Of a stretch of DNA of 64,000 nt, positions 48,056 through 57,155 are shown one piece after another (within the stretch, counting starts at the first letter, position 1; every line of letters begins with the position of its first letter). Below the pieces are notes generated by a model. It saw nothing but the letters and a program-made list of their open reading frames with translations. It was not told the origin of the DNA and did not search any database. Source of the DNA: an uncultured virus (IMG/VR IMGVR_UViG_3300025133_000035) (Duplodnaviria; Heunggongvirae; Uroviricota; Caudoviricetes). The position numbers and the translations under genes were made by a program. The DNA lies in IMG/VR virus record IMGVR_UViG_3300025133_000035. One strand, written 5' to 3'.

Positions 48056-49273
48056 ATGACCTTCGACCTTAACATGCACACCGCCCGACTTCTCATGGAA
48101 GAGCCCTTCTTCGCCGCGCTTTCGCGTCGGATCGACAAGCGTTCTTCGACCGCACTGCCGACTGCAGGCGTCAAGGTGGACGCGGATACAGGTCACTTCG
48201 TCATGCTCTACAACCCGGAATTCTTTGAGGGCTTGAGCGACAAGGAAAAGTTGGGCGTTCTCAAGCACGAATTCTATCACTTGGTCTTTGAGCATGTGAC
48301 TGGTCGCCTTCCCGAAGGCGGAATGAGCAAGCTGTGGAACATCGCCACCGACCTTGCGATCAACAGTCACCTTGTGGGCGAGTTGCCCGATATGTGCTGC
48401 ATGCCCGGTGAAGGTCCATTCGCAGATCTGCCTCTCGGCAAGTCTTCCGAGTGGTACTACAACAAGCTTAAGAAAGAGCAGGACGAGAAGGAAGATGAGT
48501 CTGAGCAGGGCGAAAGCGGTGAAGGCGGCGAAGGTGAAGGCGACGGTTCTGGCGAGGGTCAAGGTGGTCGCGGCGATATGGATAGCTTCGACGATCACTC
48601 CGGTTGGGCTGAAGGTCAGGAAGATAATACTCTCAACGAGGTTGCGAAGGAACGACTCAAGAGCGCAGTCAAGGCTGCAGCCGAGGAAGCTTCTCGCGCA
48701 AATAGCTGGGGCTCTGTCGGTCGCGGCACGCGCCAAGATATCCTTGACCGTCTGACTCCAAAGGTCGACTGGAAGAAGGTGCTTCGGTACTTCATCAAGA
48801 CCAGCCAGCGCTCCAACCGGTCCTCGACCGTCAAGCGCCTGAACAAGCGTTACCGGTACATCCATCCGGGCAAGAAGGTCAACCGCGTTGCTCGCATCGG
48901 TATCTACATCGATCAGTCTGGTTCCGTCGACGATGGCATGCTCGCCATGTTCTTCACCGAATTGGAGAAGCTGGCGCAACTTGCTGAGTTTACGGTGGTT
49001 CCTTTCGATACCGACGTATCCGAAGAAAAGTCTTACGTCTGGAAGAAGGGCGAGCGCCGCAAGTGGGAGCGAGTAATGTGCGGAGGCACAGACTTCAATC
49101 CGCCGACCGACCACTGCAACAAGGCTGGCTTCGACGGCATGATCGTCCTTACAGATCTGATGGCTCCTAAGCCTAAGAACTGCAACGCTCAGCGCATGTG
49201 GATGACAACGGCATACTATGCCCGCCGTCCATACTTTCAAACCAACGAACGAATCATCGCCATCGATGACTAA
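48056..49273 (+). CDS. DUF2201-type metallopeptidase-like domain plus VWA domain
   Basis: LKHEFYH, WNIATDLAIN, G/E-rich linker, IDQSGS MIDAS, GGTDF, LTD. Confidence 0.88.
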   Translation: MTFDLNMHTARLLMEEPFFAALSRRIDKRSSTALPTAGVKVDADTGHFVMLYNPEFFEGLSDKEKLGVLKHEFYHLVFEHVTGRLPEGGMSKLWNIATDLAINSHLVGELPDMCCMPGEGPFADLPLGKSSEWYYNKLKKEQDEKEDESEQGESGEGGEGEGDGSGEGQGGRGDMDSFDDHSGWAEGQEDNTLNEVAKERLKSAVKAAAEEASRANSWGSVGRGTRQDILDRLTPKVDWKKVLRYFIKTSQRSNRSSTVKRLNKRYRYIHPGKKVNRVARIGIYIDQSGSVDDGMLAMFFTELEKLAQLAEFTVVPFDTDVSEEKSYVWKKGERRKWERVMCGGTDFNPPTDHCNKAGFDGMIVLTDLMAPKPKNCNAQRMWMTTAYYARRPYFQTNERIIAIDD

Positions 49274-49283
49274 GGAAAATCAA

Positions 49284-49568
49284 ATGAACATTAACCTTTC
49301 AAAATCTGAGATTCAGGCGCTACTGATCGCGCTGAAGCACACACAGAGTTTCCGAGACGAGGACGCAGAAGCTGACGAGGATGCACCGCAATCCGGTGCC
49401 GGAACGCAGGCTTGGCTGAAACGAAAGTTTGCAGCAGAAGAACTCAGCACAAGGCTGTCGCGAGCACTGGAAGCTTCTGAGCTTTTTTCCGAGCGGCTAG
49501 CGCAGGGCACAGCAGATCCTTGCTGCGAGCCCGAAGCCCTGTGCGCCAACGATCCGGTCAACTGGTAG
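49284..49568 (+). CDS. Hypothetical protein
   Basis: SD AAGGA. Confidence 0.55.
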   Translation: MNINLSKSEIQALLIALKHTQSFRDEDAEADEDAPQSGAGTQAWLKRKFAAEELSTRLSRALEASELFSERLAQGTADPCCEPEALCANDPVNW

Positions 49569-49572
49569 GAGA

Positions 49573-49845
49573 TTGAACATGGACGATCTAATTTTAGAAG
49601 CTGCTGAGCTTCGAATGCTCACAGCGTTTCAGGGAACCGGTGGCGAATGGCTAGCCATGCCTGATGCCAGCGCGTTCGCTCGCGAGTGCATAGACATGCT
49701 GGTTCTGAATGGTCTGCTTGAACGCCGCGGCTCAGCGGGCAACTGGGGCGAGGAATGGCGATTGACGCCGGATGGCATGAATTTCATTAACCTTCTCGCG
49801 TACAACGAATCAGCAGACAACGCCCGAAGCCGACCGGTCTGTTGA
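49573..49845 (+). CDS. Small winged-helix-like protein
   Basis: DMLVLNGLL...WRLTPDG. Confidence 0.55.
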   Translation: MNMDDLILEAAELRMLTAFQGTGGEWLAMPDASAFARECIDMLVLNGLLERRGSAGNWGEEWRLTPDGMNFINLLAYNESADNARSRPVC

Positions 49846-49926
49846 AAAAAGATCGATTTTCTTTCAAATAGATTGAATAAAACCGGTCCCCCAGACGTCT
49901 AATAGATGTACCAAGCAAAGAGAGAG
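49845..49926 (+). repeat. 82-bp promoter repeat (ECF-like promoter copy 8)
   Basis: AAAAAAGATCGATTTTCTTTCAAATAGATTGAATAAAACC-N11-ACGTCTAATAGATGTACCAAGCAAAGAGAGAG. Confidence 0.88.
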
Positions 49927-49930
49927 AACT

Positions 49931-50206
49931 ATGATTTTGCCTGTAACCCTTGAAACCCTCCGCGACCTTCGCCTGACCAATGATGAGTGGAACACGCTCT
50001 TTCATGCTGGCGAGTGGAAAGCTGAGCGCGACCATGTTGACATGCTTGTGCTGGCTGGGCTCGCTGTGTGGGCTGACGAAGGCGAGGAGGACTGGGATCT
50101 GACCGAAGCTGGGCATGCTGCCTGCAACGTCATCGACCTGATTTTTGATTGGGACACTTTCGCTTTTTCCGATCTTTCTTCAAAAAGATCAAAAAAGATT
50201 GAATAA
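49931..50206 (+). CDS. Small winged-helix-like protein, paralogue of 49573-49845
   Basis: DMLVLAGLA...WDLTEAG. Confidence 0.55.
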   Translation: MILPVTLETLRDLRLTNDEWNTLFHAGEWKAERDHVDMLVLAGLAVWADEGEEDWDLTEAGHAACNVIDLIFDWDTFAFSDLSSKRSKKIE

Positions 50207-50228
50207 AACCGGACCCAAATACGTCTAA
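50200..50228 (+). promoter_or_regulatory. ECF-like promoter, copy 9
   Basis: TGAATAAA-N14-CGTCTAA preceded by AAAAAAGAT. Confidence 0.8.
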
Positions 50229-50293
50229 CTAATGTAGTTAGTTAGAGAGAACCAACGGGGACGAGAGCCCCACCCAAAAAGAGAGAGTAAAAA

Positions 50294-51394
50294 ATGGCTG
50301 TAGATTTCAAGACCTTTTCAAGTGTCGTTCCCCACGTAACCCGCGTGTTCAAGCCCGTGCTTCTGCGCGGTGCCCACGGTGTCGGTAAATCCTGCGTGGT
50401 TTATCAGTACGCCGCTGCTGCTGGCTTGCCAGTGGTCGAGCGTCGTGCTTCACAAATGACTGAGGGCGACTTGCTTGGTATGCCTTCCGCCGAGCTTGCT
50501 GAAGTCAACGGAGTTGGCTGCTCGCAGTTTCGCCCGTTTAGCTGGCTGATTCAGGCTTGCACCGAGCCCGTTGTCCTGTTCTTGGATGAGGTTGACCGTG
50601 CGACGATGGAAGTCCGTCAGGGAATCTTTGAGCTTACCGACTCGCGCAAGATCGCGGGCTGGACTCTCCACCCTGAGACTCTGATCTTCGCTGCCGTCAA
50701 CGGTGGCGAGCACGGCGCTCAGTATCAGGTGGGCGAAATGGACCCTGCCGAGCTTGACCGCTGGACTGTGTTTGACGTCGAGCCTTCCATTGAAGATTGG
50801 CTTGCTTGGGGCAAGGACAATGTTGATAGCCTCGTTTGGGACTTCATCAACACGAATCGTAACCACCTTGAGCACGCTGGCGAGTTTGAGCCGAACAAGG
50901 TTTACCCTTCTCGTCGTTCTTGGGATCGCCTGAGCGAATGTCTGACTGCTGCCGAGCTTCTTGGCGCTGACGATGCTAAGGCAAACGCCGGCACGATCTT
51001 TAACCTTGCGGCTGCGTTCGTCGGGTTTGAGGCGGCTGTCGCCCTTCAAGACTTCATCAAGACTTACGAGGCTCAGGTGACTGTCGAGAACATCATCGAT
51101 GATGGTCAGATCGACCGTACCAAGGAATTTGGTATCAACGATCACTCCGCTCTCGTCGAGAAGATGGAAGCACTTGAGATCTTCAAGGCTGAGCTTTCCG
51201 AAGATCAGATCCAAAACCTTGCAGACTACTTCGTGTCGCTGCCTTCCGAGGTTGCCATGAAGCTGTGGACCGTTGCCGGTGCTGAAGGAAACGAGGTGCA
51301 GAACTGCATCAAGCTTCACCAGTGTACCGCTACCAGCGGTATCGTGGTTACCTCCTTCATCGTTGAGGTGCTGTCGGGTGGTCAGGCTTCCTAA
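50294..51394 (+). CDS. MoxR-type AAA+ ATPase
   Basis: GAHGVGKS Walker A, LFLDEVDR Walker B, AAVN sensor 1, DPAELDRW, PSRRSW. Confidence 0.9.
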   Translation: MAVDFKTFSSVVPHVTRVFKPVLLRGAHGVGKSCVVYQYAAAAGLPVVERRASQMTEGDLLGMPSAELAEVNGVGCSQFRPFSWLIQACTEPVVLFLDEVDRATMEVRQGIFELTDSRKIAGWTLHPETLIFAAVNGGEHGAQYQVGEMDPAELDRWTVFDVEPSIEDWLAWGKDNVDSLVWDFINTNRNHLEHAGEFEPNKVYPSRRSWDRLSECLTAAELLGADDAKANAGTIFNLAAAFVGFEAAVALQDFIKTYEAQVTVENIIDDGQIDRTKEFGINDHSALVEKMEALEIFKAELSEDQIQNLADYFVSLPSEVAMKLWTVAGAEGNEVQNCIKLHQCTATSGIVVTSFIVEVLSGGQAS

Positions 51395-51447
51395 GCCTGC
51401 CGCCTTCGGCTAACCCCTTGAAAACGTTGACTTTTTAGGAACTTATT

Positions 51448-51711
51448 ATGAAAAACATTGATGGCTATGTAGCCGAAATCACTGACCTTTTGACGGACGG
51501 CTCAACGGCTGCTGCCGTCAGCATCTGGGACGAGATCACAAACGAGGGAGATCTACAGACGATCATTGCGGTTCACCGCAAGCTGTCGGATGCTGGAACG
51601 ATTGCCGATCTTACCGCTGCCATGGTCAAGGGTCGCGAGACACTTAGGGGCTCCAAGCCTCTCAGTCCGAGCCAGACCCACGATCTATGGGCTCTGCCCG
51701 AAGAAGATTAA
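51448..51711 (+). CDS. Hypothetical protein
   Basis: SD AGGA. Confidence 0.55.
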   Translation: MKNIDGYVAEITDLLTDGSTAAAVSIWDEITNEGDLQTIIAVHRKLSDAGTIADLTAAMVKGRETLRGSKPLSPSQTHDLWALPEED

Positions 51712-51821
51712 CCTTTTGTCGAGGTTCCGGTCAGGGGAAATTTCTGATCACTCTCTCTCTCTCGATCAAGATCCCCTGACCGTTGAACCTCCAATTTTCT
51801 TTCACTTTTTTCTAATTTCAT

Positions 51822-51850
51822 TGAATAAAACACCCCTTCGCAACGTCTAA
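51822..51850 (+). promoter_or_regulatory. ECF-like promoter, copy 10
   Basis: TGAATAAA-N14-CGTCTAA. Confidence 0.8.
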
Positions 51851-51895
51851 CTCTTGTAGAGAGTTAGAGCCGATACCGGCAAAGGAGAATCTCAC

Positions 51896-52684
51896 ATGGC
51901 AAAGCGCACAAACTGGAAAACCGAATTCGCCGCCCTTCTCGCCTCTGAGCGATTGACAGGGCGCGACCGCACGTTCATCGAGTCGTTGCACCGTCACTGG
52001 AGCGGCGGCAAGACGATGACAAGCGGTCGCAAGCACCACTTTTTCCTCGTCAAAGAGCGTATCGCTCAGGTCGAGGCTCGACTTGCGACTGGTGCATCAC
52101 CAGAAGAGACTGAGCTAAACGCGCTTGCTCAGAAGATCCCGGTTGGCTCTTGGGATCGCACGTTCGCGGAGTCGGTCTTGACGCAGCTTGCCGCAGGTCG
52201 GACACCGAGCGAGAAGCAGAAGAACATCCTTGCGAAGATCACCGCGCGCTATTCCGCGGCTGGGATCGAGGCTGCGTCGACTTGGGCGTCTGACTATGCC
52301 GGCGAGAACCGGGATCGGATGATTCAATGTGCAAAGTATTATCGTTCAACCACTTATTTTCATGATCTTGTCGACCGTGTTCTGACTGATTCTGAATTCG
52401 TTCCGACCATGAAGCAGTTTGATGCGATGACCACTAACAAGTACGCGACAAAGGTGCTGGCTGGCTACTCAGCCGCGGCTAAGTTCGCGGTTGGGTCAAC
52501 AGTCCAGCCGGCTTCTGGGTGCGACCACAGGCTTGCTCAGCAGTTTCGCCGCGGCGGTCTAGTGATGGCTGCCGATGAGGACATTGTTAGCGCGTGCAAG
52601 GGCAACCGCCGTTACAAGGTCTTGCCCATCGGAGGCGTGAAGCCCGTCCTTGTGGAAGAAAGACACATTAAGGTGCGCCGATGA
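51896..52684 (+). CDS. Protein with repeated DRTF.ES helical units and a C-terminal KOW/SH3-like domain
   Basis: DRTFIESL..MTSGR and DRTFAESV..PSEKQ; KFAVGSTV...YKVL...VEERHIK. Confidence 0.7.
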   Translation: MAKRTNWKTEFAALLASERLTGRDRTFIESLHRHWSGGKTMTSGRKHHFFLVKERIAQVEARLATGASPEETELNALAQKIPVGSWDRTFAESVLTQLAAGRTPSEKQKNILAKITARYSAAGIEAASTWASDYAGENRDRMIQCAKYYRSTTYFHDLVDRVLTDSEFVPTMKQFDAMTTNKYATKVLAGYSAAAKFAVGSTVQPASGCDHRLAQQFRRGGLVMAADEDIVSACKGNRRYKVLPIGGVKPVLVEERHIKVRR

Positions 52685-53693
52685 CCACCAGCGAAGAGCA
52701 ACGTTTGTCTCAACCCACCGACGAAGTATTGAGAGATATAATCGTACAAGCGATTCGTGACTATTATCACGAAGGCATGTGGGAAGAAGTTGTGGGTTTG
52801 ATGCAAACTATCGAGGATAATCCTGCACTTTCGCAACGTGTGTTTGCCGACGCCCATGGGTTCCTGTCGGAAGTCATTGACTGGTACTACAACGGCGAAG
52901 GACCGAAAGACAACGTGAGAATATTCGATCCTTCAAAGAGGAGGGAGACGAATGACGAGGAAAGAGAAGCATAAATTGTTTATATCAATCGCCGCATTGT
53001 CGAGTGTGTTCCTTGCTTATCAGGTGATGGGTGGAACAGGCGTTGTACTAACGGTAAGTATCATTTTTATATGGAGCAAATGGTAATGAGTGAAAAGAGT
53101 TGGACTGCTGTAGCCTTTGAGCATGGCGAAAAGGGAATGAATGTGGTGAGTCAGGTGCTAGCAGCGCCGCATGACACTGGACCGGCGTTTAGGGCAATCG
53201 CCAATAGGCTGCCTTCAAACTGGTTTCTCGTCGCTATCGTTCCCGGCAGCCATGAGGTGACATGTCCTGATATTATTAAGGTTGCGCTAAGCGAAAACAG
53301 AACAGATTTAATGTTTGGATATGGAGGTGACGAGTGAGCGTCGACGTAGACGAATTCAAAGAGATTGATGAAGCACTGACAGCCGTTGATGCAGACGCGT
53401 TCGCTAAGCAGGTGACTGCCGAGGCTAAGAAGAAAAAGAAGATCAAGCGAAAGGCAAGGAAGAAGCGGTACTATCGCGCTTGCACCGCAGGTCAGTGTCA
53501 TGGCAAGCCAAGTCATTCAGTGGTTCAAGTTGTTGCCTCTCTCGTAAAAGATCCCGAGGGTAATAAAACAATAAACTTTGAAGAGAACCATCTAATACTC
53601 CCATCATGTGAGAAGCACGCAAAGGGTATGCTTCAGAGGTTCAAACGTATAGGTGTACCCAACGTGAGAGTAGAGGTTCTAAGGAGGAAATGA
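52681..53693 (+). CDS. Four small genes (52681-52974, 52952-53086 membrane peptide, 53086-53337, 53334-53693)
   Basis: Overlapping start/stop codons and SD motifs. Confidence 0.55.
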
Positions 53694-54013
53694 AGAAATG
53701 AATAAAGTATTTTGGTTAACGCTGCTCGCAGTCTTTGCCTTTTCATACGCAGTTAGCACGCTTGTATTGTGATGTGGTGTGTTGTGCATACAATGTGTCT
53801 CGTATATGTATTAATACGTATCAATGTGGAACAATGTGGAGCAAAGTGGGAGCCAGTGGCAGACAGTGGCAGACATAGCCTAGTATCGTATACATTTTGA
53901 TACGTCGTGATTAAGGGAGGTTCTAAGCTGCTTATTGGGTGACAGTACTTAGGGGGCATACGCTACGCTTGTCAAGTGATATCTTTGTCAAGTCAGAATA
54001 TGTCCGTAACATT

Positions 54014-54536
54014 GTAACACATTTAATGCTACAAATGCGACAACAAATAACACCGTAACACATTTAATGCGACACATGCGACAGCCGATAACCTAGGTTC
54101 AACCTACCATATCCCGAGCGTATCAAAAGATATACGCCGAGGGTAAACAAATAAACAACATAAAAGGAAACAAAATGCCTGCAGCACCAGAACCCGTGGT
54201 CTTTACCATGGTCATCGCATCGCTCTGTCTATTCATGGCAGCACTCATCAACCGATAAGGGAGGAACAACGTGCATTATCAGAGGGACGGAAAAACGTCC
54301 GAGGATACAAATAAAAACATCTTAAAGGAATCTATAATAGATACAGTAAAGAAGGTAAGAGACAACCCAGCGAAAGTCCTGCTTGTACCTGCACTATGCG
54401 CTGGCTACCTTATGTTCTTCGGTGCATTGTATGCCAATGTAATAGTGTATCATGCAAGAACCAACAGAACCACCCGACGAAAGAGCAGGTACTAACTGCC
54501 ATATGGTGTAACACATTTAATGCTACAAATGTTACA
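54014..54536. repeat. Three ~29-bp direct repeats GTAACACATTTAATGC(T/G)ACA(A/C)ATG..ACA
   Basis: Copies at 54014-54042, 54055-54083 and 54508-54536. Confidence 0.85.
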
Positions 54537-54701
54537 TAACAAAATGCGACAGGGTACCCCTCCCCCCCGGGGGGTGGCGCCGGGATCTATGTACCATAGG
54601 GGTTGACCGGTCAAGGAAAACTAAGTACGTTCGATCGATAGCGACCCAAAATTCCCAAAATTAAAAAGCTAAGGTTTCGAAAGCCAGATTCTATTTACTA
54701 C

Positions 54702-56181
54702 ATGGCAGCATTTTGCTACAAAAGGATAGGACAGCCTATGTGCCCATTGTGCGGCGCCAAAATTCTATGGGCATGTCAGGGCATGACAGGACGCGCAAGC
54801 TGCTCACGGAGCCTAGGCGCCCCCATAGACGTTAAGGTAGGCGAGCGCCCTAAGAGGCACTGTCCGTGGAAGGGAACATGCGCGAGAACAAAGAGCGGGA
54901 ATATCGTATTTGTATATGAAGTTTGAAATTGGAGACTTAGTGAGTTATAATAGACAGGCAGTAGACTACGTGCCGCACTTGGACAGCGGGATAGGGATAG
55001 TGCTTCAGGTCGGAGCGGTCGACGTGCGTGTACACTCGACATGTCAAGGCAAATCAATATTGGTGCGAGGCAACGATCTGCGGTTGCTGTCGGGAGCAGC
55101 AGAGGGACTAAAAAAACAAAGGGGTGAAGATGAATGATCATGGCAAGCACACTCTGCAGTACGCAGGGAGCATTGAGGACGTAGAAAGAATCAGGGAGCT
55201 AGCAGAAAGGTTTGCTAAACGGAAGAAGATACACAACCGATATAAGCTAATCAATGTGAGCACAGAGCTAAACTATTTAAATGAAGCTAAGACAGAAGCA
55301 AGCGTAGCATTGATGTGGGAGTTCGAGGATGAAGCTTCAGCATGGCCATTTATCAGGAAGCTGTACCGCTACCTCCAGCTTAGGATGACCGGTAGTGCTG
55401 AAGGCGTGTATGCCTCTGAGCGCACGCGCGCGTATAAGAGTATGCATATAGGCTAAGCCTGCTTCTACGGTGGGACACTATGTATCAGTGTGTCCGATGT
55501 ATACGATCCTTATAACTTTGGCATTAAGCCATCAGCGATTCCGAAGGACCAGCTATATTCTGTCGGCTCGTTAGTGCGGCTGCATGATGAACTCTGGTAT
55601 AATCCTATCCCTCACACTCCTTTTCGAAAGGCGCAAAGCGGTTCAGCCTATTATGCCGTAGGTATGAGGCAGTGGATGATTGGCGTTATTATTAGGCGCC
55701 GTGAACAACAAGAGTATGCCGATCCTGATCTGTGGTTACCGTATAAGTTTATATACGATGTCTTCTGGTCTGGGGGCGTTGGCATACGACGCGAACAACA
55801 CGAAGACATATATGTGATCAGTCCGATTAGCTAAACATAAATTCCGAATATTTATTCTCCGCTGTCTGTACTACTTAAGGCATGACCGATCCTGAACGCC
55901 GTCGCTTAGTAGAGAAATATAAGTTTCGATCTGGTGATATGGTTATTGATGCCGTTACCGGCGAACGTGGAATATTAATTTCAAGACACCGCATGATCGG
56001 AGATATGTACCAACCGTCTCCTTTGTTCGTTTGGAGGATTACATGGTTCCCTGCTGATCCGGCAAGGAGCCTTTCTCTTATCTGGCATCCCAAAGAATAC
56101 CCCGAGCACACGCTTATGGTTGCGATTGAAGAAGGAGATTTTACTTACTACGAATGCCCTAAAGAAAAACCACAAATTTAG
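54702..56181 (+). CDS. Five small genes (54702-54926 Cys-rich, 54916-55137, 55124-55456, 55490-55834, 55882-56181), three KOW/SH3-like
   Basis: FEIGDLV, YSVGSLV, FRSGDMV; CTAnTTA 4 nt before 54702 and 55882. Confidence 0.55.
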
Positions 56182-56319
56182 CTGCTACTAAGTGCTTGAT
56201 AGGGTGGGAAATTTTTAGAGAAAAGTTTTCGAGAAAAATAAAAAATTCGAATTCGCCGAGATTAGTCTTCCCCGCTCATAGTTACCTTAGAGTATAAATG
56301 AAACTGGGAGGTCTTATGA

Positions 56320-57123
56320 ATGTTCAACAAAACGAAGCTGGTGCTGGCGGTCACCTTATCATTTTTCGCTGTTAGTCTGTTGTCTTTCCGGTTAGCCGGC
56401 GGCGAATTGGGGCAGCTCAGTGATGTCTCGATTAATACCGAAACACTTCTTCGACCTCTCTTATACAATGCTAATGCTAACGATGCCGAGATTGGCACGG
56501 AAGATACCGTCGCTCTTGCTGGCGCAGCGCGCGTCCGGCGCCAAGTGAGGCGCGCCGCCGTAGAGGTAGTCACGCCGATGGGTCGTGGCTCTGGCACTTA
56601 TTTCGAAATCGACGGACACCACCTTGTATTCACAGCGGCACACATTACTCACGGCGCCCGCGTTGTCGAAATCAAAGGACGAAATGGTGAAACAGTATTT
56701 GGAACTGTTTTCTTAACTGCCCAAGATGTCGACATGGCAGTCGTTCTGATTCCCGAACTAAACTCGCGTACGCCGATGAGGTACAACCCGGCTGAGCGCG
56801 AAGACATTATTAATATGGTGGGAGAAGATGTGACCTATACAGGCTTCCCTTCTCACCATGACTTACTTACTATTGACGGAGTGATCGCTTCAGAAGAAGA
56901 CGGCAACTTAGTCATGCACTCTTACGGTTGGCCAGGAGCCTCCGGTAGTGGCGTCTTTGACATGCACGGAAACTTCGTTGGAGTTGTGCGCGCTGTAGAC
57001 GTCGGCGTCTGGAGCTATCAGCTTCCGCCACAGCTTGTAGAGGATATGGTGTGGATTGCTCCTTCTTGGGGAATCACACGCAACGAGATCAGAACACACT
57101 TAAGAAGGAGAGGTTCAGAATAA
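56320..57123 (+). CDS. Secreted or membrane-anchored trypsin-like serine protease
   Basis: N-terminal hydrophobic segment; GSG, TAAH, DMA, GASGS. Confidence 0.85.
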   Translation: MFNKTKLVLAVTLSFFAVSLLSFRLAGGELGQLSDVSINTETLLRPLLYNANANDAEIGTEDTVALAGAARVRRQVRRAAVEVVTPMGRGSGTYFEIDGHHLVFTAAHITHGARVVEIKGRNGETVFGTVFLTAQDVDMAVVLIPELNSRTPMRYNPAEREDIINMVGEDVTYTGFPSHHDLLTIDGVIASEEDGNLVMHSYGWPGASGSGVFDMHGNFVGVVRAVDVGVWSYQLPPQLVEDMVWIAPSWGITRNEIRTHLRRRGSE

Positions 57124-57155
57124 AAAAAGTTTATTAATACCGGGAGGGATACATT

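Noticed and set aside
47939..49240. 433-aa minus-strand ORF (also 50450-51319 and 19458-20411)
   Set aside because: Antisense shadows of well-supported + strand genes with biased codon usage; no recognisable motifs
43907..50228. Repeats with constant flanks and variable cores as a CRISPR array
   Set aside because: Copies are separated by whole genes, the variable core is only 11-14 nt and no cas genes are present; promoter architecture explains them
23386..51713. Recurring ATTAACCT(T) near some gene ends (about 23386, 30544, 43642, 47034, 51707)
   Set aside because: Also frequent inside CDSs as Ile-Asn-Leu codons; enrichment cannot be shown without counting
54014..54536. 29-bp repeats as a mini-CRISPR
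   Set aside because: Gaps are 12 nt and more than 400 nt, which does not fit regular spacers
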